Positions 27,435-37,900 of a DNA stretch of 64,000 bases are shown in pieces. Origin of the DNA: Candidatus Omnitrophota bacterium (GTDB lineage: Bacteria; Omnitrophota; Gorgyraeia; 2-01-FULL-45-10); NCBI GenBank assembly GCA_026387175.1, contig JAPLME010000011.1:1856-65855 (forward strand), in the 5' to 3' direction. How positions within the stretch are numbered: the stretch's first letter is position 1; each line of letters begins with the position of its first letter. Below the pieces are notes generated by a model. That model was given only the letters and a program-made list of their open reading frames with translations. It had not been told where the DNA came from and ran no database searches. The translations under genes and the position numbers were made by a program.

Positions 27435-27647
27435 ATGCGAAATCTTATAATAATTCTGGTGATGTTCGTTACGATACTCGGGCCCTCAGCGGTCATCGCG
27501 GCCATAGGCTTTGCCTCGATAAACGCTTTGGGAAGGAACCCGTCATCCGCTCCGAAGATATTAAGCGCGATGATAGTTTCCCTGGTATTTGCCGAAGCCA
27601 TCGCGGTGATCGCTCTTCTGGTATTGTTCCAGTTATTTGGGAGGTAA
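27435..27647 (+). CDS. atpE: ATP synthase subunit c (70-aa two-helix proteolipid)
   Basis: GAGAGG RBS. Helix-loop (GRNP)-helix architecture with a conserved carboxylate in helix 2 (VFAEAIAVIALL). Its position lies between the b and alpha genes. Confidence 0.7.
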   Translation: MRNLIIILVMFVTILGPSAVIAAIGFASINALGRNPSSAPKILSAMIVSLVFAEAIAVIALLVLFQLFGR

Positions 27648-27661
27648 GGCAAACCGCTATA

Positions 27662-29164
27662 ATGAAGACTGAATCTGTATCCATAGGGGAGATCGGGCGC
27701 ATAAAGGAGATCAAGAAATCTATCGTCACGATAGAAGGCCTTCACAACTGCATGCTGGGTCAGCTGGTGACGTTTACAGACGGCACTAAAGGTTTTGTGA
27801 TGGGTTTCAATGAAAACGAAGTCCTGGTGCTGCTTTTAGGAATTTCGAAGACATTAAAAGCCGGCAATGAAGTCTATTCCAGGGAAGAGTCCTTTAAGAT
27901 ACCGGTGGGAAATAATTTTTTGGGCCGTATCGTAAACCCGCTATGCGAGGGCCTGGACGGGAAGGGATACGTCAAGGAGGATTCTTTTGCCTATATATTC
28001 AGGGACGCGCCGGCGGTCCTCGATAGAGAGCCTGTCAATGAAATGCTGGTCACCGGGATAAGGATAGTCGATGCCACCATACCCATAGGTAAAGGACAAA
28101 GACAGCTTATCATAGGCGATAGAATGACGGGTAAGACATCGATAGCCGTCGACGCTATATTGAACCAGAAGGGTAAAGATGTCATATGCATATATTGCTG
28201 TGTGGGCCGTGACTACGCCTCGTTTGAAAAGGTCGTAGGCACTTTTAAAGAGAAGGACGCCCTCGATTATATGATAGTTGTGGCGGCTCTCGCTTCTTCT
28301 TCTATCGGAGAGCAGTATCTCGCCCCCTACGCCGCCGCGGCGTTGGGCGAATACTTCATGTACGCGGGCAAGAATGTCCTTATCGTTTTTGATGACCTTA
28401 CCAAACATGCGTGGGCATACAGAGAGTTGTCCCTTCTCCTGGAAAGGCCGCCCGGCAGAGAGGCTTATCCGGGAGATATATTTTACCTGCACGCTCAGCT
28501 TATGGAGAGAGGCGCCCGCCTGTCGTCACATAACGGCGGCGGCTCCATGACATTCCTCTCGATAGCGGATACCCTGCAGGGCGATATCTCCGGGTTTATA
28601 CCGACGAACCTGATCTCAATGACGGACGGGCAGATATACCTTAACTCCGCGTTATTCGGAGAGGGGTTCAAGCCCGCGATAGACATAGGGCTCTCCGTCT
28701 CGCGTATCGGCAGCAGGGTACAGTCGAAGACCTTAAGGGAATTGACGAAGAACCTCAGTTTAAAATATGTCCAGTACAGGGAGCTTCTGAAGACCACGAG
28801 ATTGAAGTCGGGTATCTCCGAAGATATGACCGGCCGCCTGAAGCACGGCGAGAAGATCGAAAGGATCTTCATGCAGGATAAGAACAGCCCGTCATCTCTG
28901 GCGGAGCAGCTTATCCTGTATTTCGCGCTTGAGACCGGGGCGCTCGATATCCTGTCGAACGAAAAGTGCGACTATTTCAAAAAAAATATATTAGCTTTCG
29001 CCAGGCAGGATATTCCGGCAGTGGTTGAGAACATGGAAAAAGGCGCCGAGATGACGGCCGAGGACAGGGAAGCTATTAAAAAATGTATAATGAATTTTAA
29101 CCATAAGTTGTGGGCATCCGAGGGTGAAACCGCGCCCATCTCCGCAGCCGAGGCCGCGGAATGA
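27662..29164 (+). CDS. atpA: F1 ATP synthase alpha subunit
   Basis: P-loop GDRMTGKTSIAVDAILNQ (alpha-type GDRQTGKT), N-terminal beta-barrel, 500 aa. Confidence 0.9.
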   Translation: MKTESVSIGEIGRIKEIKKSIVTIEGLHNCMLGQLVTFTDGTKGFVMGFNENEVLVLLLGISKTLKAGNEVYSREESFKIPVGNNFLGRIVNPLCEGLDGKGYVKEDSFAYIFRDAPAVLDREPVNEMLVTGIRIVDATIPIGKGQRQLIIGDRMTGKTSIAVDAILNQKGKDVICIYCCVGRDYASFEKVVGTFKEKDALDYMIVVAALASSSIGEQYLAPYAAAALGEYFMYAGKNVLIVFDDLTKHAWAYRELSLLLERPPGREAYPGDIFYLHAQLMERGARLSSHNGGGSMTFLSIADTLQGDISGFIPTNLISMTDGQIYLNSALFGEGFKPAIDIGLSVSRIGSRVQSKTLRELTKNLSLKYVQYRELLKTTRLKSGISEDMTGRLKHGEKIERIFMQDKNSPSSLAEQLILYFALETGALDILSNEKCDYFKKNILAFARQDIPAVVENMEKGAEMTAEDREAIKKCIMNFNHKLWASEGETAPISAAEAAE

Positions 29165-30048
29165 AGGCGCGGGAGATAAAAGAGGACCTCCTCTTCAATA
29201 CCGAATTCATGGGCCTTCTCGAAGTGATGAAGAATATAGCGATTTCTCAATTCCGGTCCCTTCAGAAGAAGAGGAGCAGGTTTATCCGGTTCACCCAGCT
29301 TTTGAACGGTTTTTTTCAGATGGTGGATATCAGGCAGGCCCCGCACAAGTTAATAAACCCAAAGACAGAGAAGAGGGCGATCGTATCGATAACCTCCGAC
29401 GAGGGCTTTATGGGGGACCTGAATTTTCAGGTCGTGGACGCCGCGATCATGAAAGGAGGCCCCGAATCCGCTGAGATTATCGTAGTAGGAGAGTCGGGGG
29501 TAAGGTATCTGAAAGATATGGGAAGAAAATTTACCGCGTTTAAAAACGCCGCCGACGCCGAAGCGAGACATACCGTCGCCGTGGAGCTGAAGAATTATAT
29601 CATGCGAGGCATCGCTGAAGACCGTTTCGGCAGGGTGTCCGTTTACTATCCTAACCCGATCTCATTCATGATCCAGAAAGTGGAAGCCGTGGAGCTTCTT
29701 CCCCTCACTGCCTTCTTTTCGCCGCAGGCGCAAGGCCCGGGATACGATCAGCAGGTGATAGTAGAATCGCCGGCGGAGGGCATAATAGAATACCTCGCCG
29801 AGGAATTTATCGAACAAAAACTGATGGAGCTTCTCGAAGACAGCAAGCTTTCAGAGTTCGCCGCGAGAGGCGCCCACCTCGAGCGGAGCGGCCAGGAGCT
29901 CGCCGAAAAACAGAAACGGCTCAGAGCCCAGTATTTTCACGCTTATCATGAAGTCATAGACAAAAATACCAGAGAACTATTTTCCTCGCAGATTATCATA
30001 AAGCGGAAGGCCAAAGAGGTATCCGCAGCGCTGAATCTTAAAGTATAA
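29161..30048 (+). CDS. atpG: F1 ATP synthase gamma subunit
   Basis: The ATGA start overlaps the atpA stop. The protein is 295 aa, sits between alpha and beta, and has the coiled-coil termini typical of gamma (C-terminus ...LNLKV). Confidence 0.8.
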   Translation: MKAREIKEDLLFNTEFMGLLEVMKNIAISQFRSLQKKRSRFIRFTQLLNGFFQMVDIRQAPHKLINPKTEKRAIVSITSDEGFMGDLNFQVVDAAIMKGGPESAEIIVVGESGVRYLKDMGRKFTAFKNAADAEARHTVAVELKNYIMRGIAEDRFGRVSVYYPNPISFMIQKVEAVELLPLTAFFSPQAQGPGYDQQVIVESPAEGIIEYLAEEFIEQKLMELLEDSKLSEFAARGAHLERSGQELAEKQKRLRAQYFHAYHEVIDKNTRELFSSQIIIKRKAKEVSAALNLKV

Positions 30049-31453
<1,405 letters not shown>

Positions 31454-31455
<2 letters not shown>

Positions 31456-31477
31456 CTTTCAGAAAAAGCTGAAAGCT
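31454..31477 (+). promoter_or_regulatory. Intergenic RNA stem-loop (9-bp perfect stem, 6-nt loop) overlapping the atpD stop codon, upstream of gspE
   Basis: agctttcag-aaaaag-ctgaaagct. No T-run follows, so it is not a canonical intrinsic terminator. It is a possible processing or attenuation site. Confidence 0.35.
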
Positions 31478-31494
31478 GAAACAGGAGACGAACA

Positions 31495-33201
31495 ATGGCG
31501 TTACGATTGGGAGATATTTTAGTCGAGAAGGGAATAATAACGCAGGAGGAACTCAATACCGCTCTTGCGGAGCAGCAGAGGACGAAGGAGGCCCTGGGGC
31601 AGATATTGATCAGGATGGGTTTCGTTGCGGAGAGAGATATGCTTCAGATCCTGGCGAAACAGCAGGGTATCCCGTTCGTCGAGCTGAAGATGAAAGATAT
31701 TGATGATAAGGTCCTGAAGAATGTGCCCGCCAAATTTGTCTGGCACTATAAGATAATGCCGATAAGCCTCGACGGCAATATCCTTACGGCCGCCATATCC
31801 AATCCGTTCGATATGTGGCCGATCGACGACCTGGAGACGCACCTCGGGTTCAAAGTGGAGAAGGTCCTGGCTACGTCCGCGGATATAATGGAGGCGATAA
31901 AGAAATATTACGGGGTAGGAGCGGAGACGATAGACCGTATATTATCCGATGATGTGCGTCCCGCCGGAGAGACATCCACCGCGGGAGAAGAAAAAGTAGA
32001 GGACCTCGAAAAACTGGCGGAATCGGCTTCGGTGATAAAGCTGGTGAACCAGATATTGCAGGAAGCCATAACGGACAGGGCGACGGATATACATTTTGAA
32101 CATTTCAGGGGTGAACTGGTCCTGCGTTACAGGATAGACGGCATACTGTATGATACGCCGGTCAGCGAGAAGATAAAATATCTCCATCCGGCGATCGTCT
32201 CCAGGATAAAGGTCATGTCGGGCCTCGATATCGTCGAACGCAGGCTGCCTCAGGACGGCCGCGCGAAGGTGAAGATAGGAAAGAGCGAATATGAGCTGCG
32301 CGTGTCGATAATGCCGACGCTCTACGGCGAGAATATAGTCATAAGGGTCCTGCCCACCACGATGCTTTTCAATATCGCGGATCTGGGTATGTCCCATAAC
32401 GACAGGAGCATCATCGAGCAGCTGCTGAAAAAATCGCACGGCATAATCTTTGTCACGGGCCCGACGGGCAGCGGCAAGACCACCACCCTGTACGCCTGTC
32501 TCAGCAAGCTGAACTCGCGGGAAAGAAAGATCCTTACCATCGAGGACCCGATCGAATATGAATTGGGCGGCATCTCGCAGACGCAGGTCAACGCGAAGAT
32601 AGACCTTACATTCGCCAAGATGCTCAGGAGCATGCTGAGGCACGACCCGGACGTGATGATGGTCGGAGAGGTCAGGGACCTGGAGACCGCCGAGATCACT
32701 ATCCAGACGGCCCTCACGGGGCACCTGGTATTCTCCACGCTCCATACAAACGACGCGGCAAGCGGCGTGACCCGTTTAGTTGATATAGGCATAGAGCCGT
32801 ATCTGGTGGCCTCTTCCGTTATAGCTTTTATCGCGCAGAGGCTCGTCAGGGTCATATGCGCTGCTTGCAAGGAGAAAGTGACGCTGGCAGAGCTGGGTTT
32901 TAAAAACGATCAGTTGAAGATCGAGGGATTCGACTCGAATCACAACACTGTTGTATATAGAGGTAAAGGCTGCAAGGCCTGCGGCGGCACCGGTTACGTA
33001 GGCAGGGCGGCCATATATGAGATCTTATTGATAAAGGATGAGATCAAGGACCTTATTTTAACTAAATCGCCGGCGCATATCATAAAAGATAAAGCCACGC
33101 AGCTCGGGATGCATACCTTAAAGCAGGATGGATGGGACAAGGTGGTGGCGGGCGTAACCACGCCGGAAGAGGTATTGAGAGTGACACAGCTGGAAGGATA
33201 A
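31495..33201 (+). CDS. gspE: T2SS/type IV pilus assembly ATPase (GspE/PilB family)
   Basis: AGGAG RBS. N-terminal T2SSE_N domain, Walker A GPTGSGKTTT, tetracysteine CAACKEK...CKACGGTG. Confidence 0.9.
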   Translation: MALRLGDILVEKGIITQEELNTALAEQQRTKEALGQILIRMGFVAERDMLQILAKQQGIPFVELKMKDIDDKVLKNVPAKFVWHYKIMPISLDGNILTAAISNPFDMWPIDDLETHLGFKVEKVLATSADIMEAIKKYYGVGAETIDRILSDDVRPAGETSTAGEEKVEDLEKLAESASVIKLVNQILQEAITDRATDIHFEHFRGELVLRYRIDGILYDTPVSEKIKYLHPAIVSRIKVMSGLDIVERRLPQDGRAKVKIGKSEYELRVSIMPTLYGENIVIRVLPTTMLFNIADLGMSHNDRSIIEQLLKKSHGIIFVTGPTGSGKTTTLYACLSKLNSRERKILTIEDPIEYELGGISQTQVNAKIDLTFAKMLRSMLRHDPDVMMVGEVRDLETAEITIQTALTGHLVFSTLHTNDAASGVTRLVDIGIEPYLVASSVIAFIAQRLVRVICAACKEKVTLAELGFKNDQLKIEGFDSNHNTVVYRGKGCKACGGTGYVGRAAIYEILLIKDEIKDLILTKSPAHIIKDKATQLGMHTLKQDGWDKVVAGVTTPEEVLRVTQLEG

Positions 33202-33214
33202 CAAAAATCTACTG

Positions 33215-34480
33215 ATGCCGATATACAGTTATACCGCAAAAAAAGGCCCGACCGAAATAGTAAAAAGCGAGATAGAGGCCGAATCTGAGGATAAGGCCGT
33301 CGTCATGATAGAGGCTATGGGGTTCTTTCCCATCAAGGTGGTTGAATTAAGACCGCCGTCGGCGACGCCAAGGGCGCCTGAGCGCGCCAAGCCGGAAGCT
33401 CCGCCAGTCGCCGCTAATAAAGAACAGGGCCTCTCTTCAGTGAAAGTCGGCGCGCATGATATGGACACCTTCATGTGGCAGCTGGCCAGCCTGATAAAAT
33501 CGAGCATTCCTCTCCTGCGCGCCTTATCCCTGATAGCGCGGCAGACTAAGAATAAGTCGCTTAAGGCGGTGGCCGGCGACCTGGAGCTCAAGATAAAGCA
33601 GGGAGAGCTGCTCTCCGCGGCGATGAGCAAATACCCTAATCTCTTTAATAACCTTACCGTAAATATGATAAAGGCCGGAGAGAAGAGCGGTTCTCTCGAC
33701 GAAGTGCTGTATAAGCTGGCGGAATACCGCGAGAAAGAGCAGGAGATGAAGCGCAAGATACAGTCGGCCCTTGCCTATCCGATGGTCGTTGTCGCGGTCG
33801 GTATAGGGACGATATTTATGATGTTCACGTATTTTCTGCCCAAGCTGCTGAAATTATTCGAGAATATGAAACAGGAGCTGCCGCTGCCTACGAAGCTATT
33901 GATCGCGACCAGCAAATTTATGTCCAGTTACTGGTATGTATTTGTAATAGGCATCGTTTTCGTGATCGCGGTAATCTTCAGAAATAAACCCGGAAGTAGG
34001 AAGAAGTTTATGCTCGACATGTTCTGCCTGCGCGTGCCTTTTATCAATAAATTTATAAAGACATCCGAGATAGCGCGATTTGCCAGGTCGCTGGGGCTCC
34101 TGCTTAAAAACGGCATACCCGTCTATGAGAGCCTCGATCTCGCGGCTAAGACGCTGGATAATCAGGCGCTGAAGACGCAACTGGCGCAAGCATCCGCGGT
34201 TATCGTTAACCAGGGCTGCACGATATCGGAAAGTTTCAGGCGCACAGGAGTGTTCCCGGAGTTCACGATAAATATGATAGCGGTAGGCGAGGAAGGCGGG
34301 AGACTGGAGGAATCGCTCGCCGAGATAGCCGCCTCATATGAAAAGGAAGTGGAACAGACCATAAAGGTCATGACATCGATGATAGAGCCCCTGCTGATAC
34401 TGATCGTCGGGGGATTTGTCGGCTTCATCGTATTCGCGATGCTCCTTCCTATATTGAATATGGGGGGGATGGGCGGATGA
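33215..34480 (+). CDS. gspF: T2SS/T4P inner-membrane platform protein (GspF/PilC family)
   Basis: 421 aa with a duplicated GspF domain, three TM segments and a GxxxxEE-like motif (IAVGEEGGRLEESL). Confidence 0.85.
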   Translation: MPIYSYTAKKGPTEIVKSEIEAESEDKAVVMIEAMGFFPIKVVELRPPSATPRAPERAKPEAPPVAANKEQGLSSVKVGAHDMDTFMWQLASLIKSSIPLLRALSLIARQTKNKSLKAVAGDLELKIKQGELLSAAMSKYPNLFNNLTVNMIKAGEKSGSLDEVLYKLAEYREKEQEMKRKIQSALAYPMVVVAVGIGTIFMMFTYFLPKLLKLFENMKQELPLPTKLLIATSKFMSSYWYVFVIGIVFVIAVIFRNKPGSRKKFMLDMFCLRVPFINKFIKTSEIARFARSLGLLLKNGIPVYESLDLAAKTLDNQALKTQLAQASAVIVNQGCTISESFRRTGVFPEFTINMIAVGEEGGRLEESLAEIAASYEKEVEQTIKVMTSMIEPLLILIVGGFVGFIVFAMLLPILNMGGMGG

Positions 34481-35253
34481 GCTTGGCGCTGAAGGTATGT
34501 CTATTCCTTCTCCTCCTGTGCCCGGGGGCGCGGGCCGAGAATTGGCAGGAGTTAAAGGGTGAGCATTTCGAGATATTTTATATCGAGGATCCAGCCTTCG
34601 CGCAGGAGACGCTGACGCAGGCCGAGAAATATTACGAGAAGATAGCCTCGGACCTGGGTTATTCAAGATATGATAATTTCTGGCAATGGGATAACAGGGC
34701 GAAGATATATATTTACAAAAACCGGGAAGATTTTTTAAAGGCCACCGGTAAGAAGCCATGGATTTACGGGACCGCGATATATAATGAACGGACGATAATA
34801 AGCTACAGATGGAGCCAGGGATTCTTTGACATATTACTGCCTCACGAGCTGGGCCATCTCATATTCAGGGATTTTGTAGGGTTTAAAGGGGAGGTCCCTC
34901 TGTGGCTGGATGAGGGCATTGCTCAGTGGGAGGAGACCAACAAGCGCCAGCGGGCGATTTATATGGTCAGGAGCCTTGTCGCCAAAAAAGAATTCATACC
35001 CCTGACCGAATTGATGCGCTTCAATTCGAGCAGCGAGAATGATTTTGCTCTCTCCGCCAAACTTTACGCCCAGGCGGTCACGCTGGTAGGCTATCTTATA
35101 GAGAAGTACGGCCCGACGAGATTCGCGCAATTCTGCCGGAGTCTGCGCGATGGAAAGAGCATAGACGAGGCGCTGTCATTCGCTTATACCGATTCAATAC
35201 GGAATATAAACGAACTGGAAAAAGGATGGATAAAGTACTACGGAGGAGAATAA
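34477..35253 (+). CDS. Secreted HExxH zinc-metallopeptidase-like protein (peptidase MA-like) embedded in the pilus/T2SS operon
   Basis: The start overlaps the gspF stop (ATGA). Signal peptide MSLALKVCLFLLLLCPGARA. HELGH motif in LLPHELGHLIFRDF with a downstream Glu (WLDEGIAQWEE). Confidence 0.55.
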   Translation: MSLALKVCLFLLLLCPGARAENWQELKGEHFEIFYIEDPAFAQETLTQAEKYYEKIASDLGYSRYDNFWQWDNRAKIYIYKNREDFLKATGKKPWIYGTAIYNERTIISYRWSQGFFDILLPHELGHLIFRDFVGFKGEVPLWLDEGIAQWEETNKRQRAIYMVRSLVAKKEFIPLTELMRFNSSSENDFALSAKLYAQAVTLVGYLIEKYGPTRFAQFCRSLRDGKSIDEALSFAYTDSIRNINELEKGWIKYYGGE

Positions 35254-35254
35254 G

Positions 35255-35674
35255 ATGACGGGAAGAAAAAAAGGCTTCACCCTTATTGAACTTATGATAG
35301 TCGTGGTAATAATAGTGGCGCTGGCGTCGATGGTCGTGCCGCGCTTAAGCGGACGTACGGAACAGGCTAAAAAAGCCGTCGCGAAAGCGGATATCGGTTC
35401 AAACATATCGATGGCGCTGAAGTTATACGAGCTTGATAACGGGAATTTCCCCACCACGGAGCAGGGCCTGGCCGCCCTGGCCTCTTCTCCATCCTCCGCG
35501 CCCGTTCCCAGCAACTGGAACGGCCCATATCTTGAAACCATACCTGCGGATCCCTGGGGCAACCCTTATAAATATAAATGCCCGGGCAGTCATAATAAAA
35601 CGACCTATGATCTCTATTCGGTAGGCAAAGACGGCTTGGAAGAAACGGATGATGATATCAAGAATTGGAAATAG
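35255..35674 (+). CDS. gspG: Major pseudopilin / type IV pilin-like protein (GspG family)
   Basis: Prepilin leader and N-methylation motif MTGRKKGFTLIELMIVVVII, 139 aa. Confidence 0.85.
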   Translation: MTGRKKGFTLIELMIVVVIIVALASMVVPRLSGRTEQAKKAVAKADIGSNISMALKLYELDNGNFPTTEQGLAALASSPSSAPVPSNWNGPYLETIPADPWGNPYKYKCPGSHNKTTYDLYSVGKDGLEETDDDIKNWK

Positions 35675-36152
35675 GGTATCCGGCTCAAGACGCGGGTTCA
35701 CGCTTCTCGAAACGCTGATGGCCATCTCCATTTTAGCCGTAGGGACGGTCAGCGTCCTTCGGGCCTATTCTACATCGGTAAGCGCCATCGAAAGGGCGCA
35801 GTATAATATAGACGCGGGTTGCCTATTGAAGTCAGTCATGGGCCTTATCGAGGAGAAGGCTATCACCGGAAAGGGGACGTCGCCGGGCGAGTCATCCGGC
35901 GAGTTAAACTCTTCATCCGGTATAAAGATGGACACGACGCAGTCGGATAAATGGGAATGGAGCGAAGAAGTGAAGGATGCCGGCCTCGAGATAAAGAAAC
36001 CGAAAGAAACGCCCGCATCGGGGGAGAAGAAGCCGGAAAAAGAGGTCTATTCCTTAAACGAGGTCAAGCTTACCGTCGTGAACCACGAACGGAGCCCGTC
36101 GAATAAAGTAAGCGTGATAACGTACATGGAGAACAGCAGTGCCGCGCGCTGA
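35649..36152 (+). CDS. Minor pseudopilin (GspH/GspI-like)
   Basis: GFTLLETLMAISILAVG prepilin-type N-terminus. The start is uncertain because the leader before GFT is long with the 35649 ATG, which overlaps gspG by 26 nt. Confidence 0.55.
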   Translation: MMISRIGNRVSGSRRGFTLLETLMAISILAVGTVSVLRAYSTSVSAIERAQYNIDAGCLLKSVMGLIEEKAITGKGTSPGESSGELNSSSGIKMDTTQSDKWEWSEEVKDAGLEIKKPKETPASGEKKPEKEVYSLNEVKLTVVNHERSPSNKVSVITYMENSSAAR

Positions 36153-36885
36153 CGGGGCCAAAGGCTTTACGCTGGTGGAGATGATGCTGGCGGCGGGCAT
36201 ACTGGCGATAATAGGATTAACCATAGTCTCGACTTTTTCCGGCGGGATGAATATTTTTTACAGGATAGAGGGCCAGACCGCGGCCAAAACGGATGTGCTC
36301 GTCGCGATGGAGAAGATGGAGAGGGACCTGAGAGACACATTCTGTTACACCGGCATAGACTTCATCGGCAGCTCCAGGAAGATGGCCTTTCCCGGCCTCA
36401 TAAGGGCATTCAACGATAAGGGCTTGCCCGAGGAGTCGCTGGGCTCGATCTCGTACTATCTCGACGATAGGATGAGGAAAAGGGCCCTCTCCAGAGAAGT
36501 GAAAAGATATTCTTATGCCGTCAAAAAAGAAAGTTCCCCGCCAGGCGACATTCTGCCCTTGGCGGAGATAGAGGATGTGAATTTCAAATATTATACCTAC
36601 GATCCGGAATCGGAATCTTACAACTGGGCGAGTTCATGGGATAAGACCGAAAAGATAAAGAAGAAGAAAGAGGAGGGGGTCGCGACCGGCGACGTGCTCC
36701 TTAAAGACAGAGAAGAGAACATCCCTCTGGGGGTCAAGATTGAAATAAGCTATAAGGAGAACGGCAGGACTATTACGCTGAACAGGGCCGTATTTTTGCC
36801 GACGGCCGTATCATTGAACCTCGCGAAGATAAAGGCAAAGTCTAAAACGGCGAACGCGACAGGGGCGGCGAGTGAGAAGAAATAG
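36139..36885 (+). CDS. Minor pseudopilin (GspJ-like)
   Basis: MPRADGAKGFTLVEMMLAAGILAII prepilin-type N-terminus, 248 aa. Confidence 0.6.
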   Translation: MPRADGAKGFTLVEMMLAAGILAIIGLTIVSTFSGGMNIFYRIEGQTAAKTDVLVAMEKMERDLRDTFCYTGIDFIGSSRKMAFPGLIRAFNDKGLPEESLGSISYYLDDRMRKRALSREVKRYSYAVKKESSPPGDILPLAEIEDVNFKYYTYDPESESYNWASSWDKTEKIKKKKEEGVATGDVLLKDREENIPLGVKIEISYKENGRTITLNRAVFLPTAVSLNLAKIKAKSKTANATGAASEKK

Positions 36886-37900
36886 AAGAGGGAGCGTCCT
36901 TATCGTGGTCCTGTGGAGCCTGTTCTTTATGGCGATGCTTGCCGTGGCCATAAATTCATATGTCCGGCCGCAGATGGAGTTTTCAAGCAGGTTATCGGCC
37001 AATACCAGGATGTATTATATCGCGCGCGCCGGGGTCCAGAGGGCGATCTTCGAGGTCGAGAACGATGAAACCGAAACGTACGATAGCCTGTATGACTCAT
37101 GGGGCAACAACGACGCGGCTTTCAATAATGTGTCCTTTGGCGGCGGTAAGTTCAGCGTTATAAGGCCGGAGCCGCCGGGCCCCTCCGCCGGCAAGGGGAC
37201 CAGCGCCGCCCAGGCGGGCGAATCCAAGCCGCAGTACGGCCTTATAGACGAGGAGAGCAAGATCAATATAAATAAGGCCCCGCATGACGTCCTGAAGAAT
37301 TTATTTGAGAAGATGGCCGGGGTTGAGTCGAAGGAAGCAGACGGTATAGCGGATTGTATACTGGATTGGGTCGACAAGGACGACTCGCTTCATAAGGACG
37401 GTAAGGAAGACGACTATTACCAGTCGCTCGGCGATCCCTATCATTGCAAAAATGGCCCTTTTGAGGCCATAGAAGAGCTTCTCCTTGTAGCGGGAGTGAC
37501 GCGGGAAAGTTTCGATAAGGTGAAGGATATTATTACGATATACGGCAATGGCACAGTTAATGTCAATACCGCGGACGCGCGGGTGCTGGAGGTCCTCGGC
37601 TTAACTAAGGAGGCCTCCGAAAGCATAGTAAGCTTCCGTTCCGGACGAAATTCAAAAAAAGAGGGAGAGATTCCGGACAATGTCTTTACGAATGTTTCGG
37701 CGATAGCGGGTGTGTTGAACAAGGCGGGCGCCAGTGATGGCGGCGCCAGCCTCATCAGCGCCTCGGCGATGCTCGGCGTGAAATCCGATAATTTCAGAGG
37801 CACCGTTAAGGGTTCGCTCGGGAGCTCGGGGCGATCGGAGACGATAACGTTCGTGTACGACAGAAATGATAAGATAATAAAGTACTGGAGAGAAGAATGA
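36872..37900 (+). CDS. gspK: Minor pseudopilin GspK-like
   Basis: N-terminus RRGSVLIVVLWSLFFMAMLAV is typical of GspK. 342 aa. Confidence 0.6.
   Translation: MRRNRRGSVLIVVLWSLFFMAMLAVAINSYVRPQMEFSSRLSANTRMYYIARAGVQRAIFEVENDETETYDSLYDSWGNNDAAFNNVSFGGGKFSVIRPEPPGPSAGKGTSAAQAGESKPQYGLIDEESKININKAPHDVLKNLFEKMAGVESKEADGIADCILDWVDKDDSLHKDGKEDDYYQSLGDPYHCKNGPFEAIEELLLVAGVTRESFDKVKDIITIYGNGTVNVNTADARVLEVLGLTKEASESIVSFRSGRNSKKEGEIPDNVFTNVSAIAGVLNKAGASDGGASLISASAMLGVKSDNFRGTVKGSLGSSGRSETITFVYDRNDKIIKYWREE

Noticed and set aside
31942-32870. Antisense ORFs opposite gspE (267 aa and 182 aa)
   Set aside because: Shadow ORFs inside a strongly supported ATPase gene.
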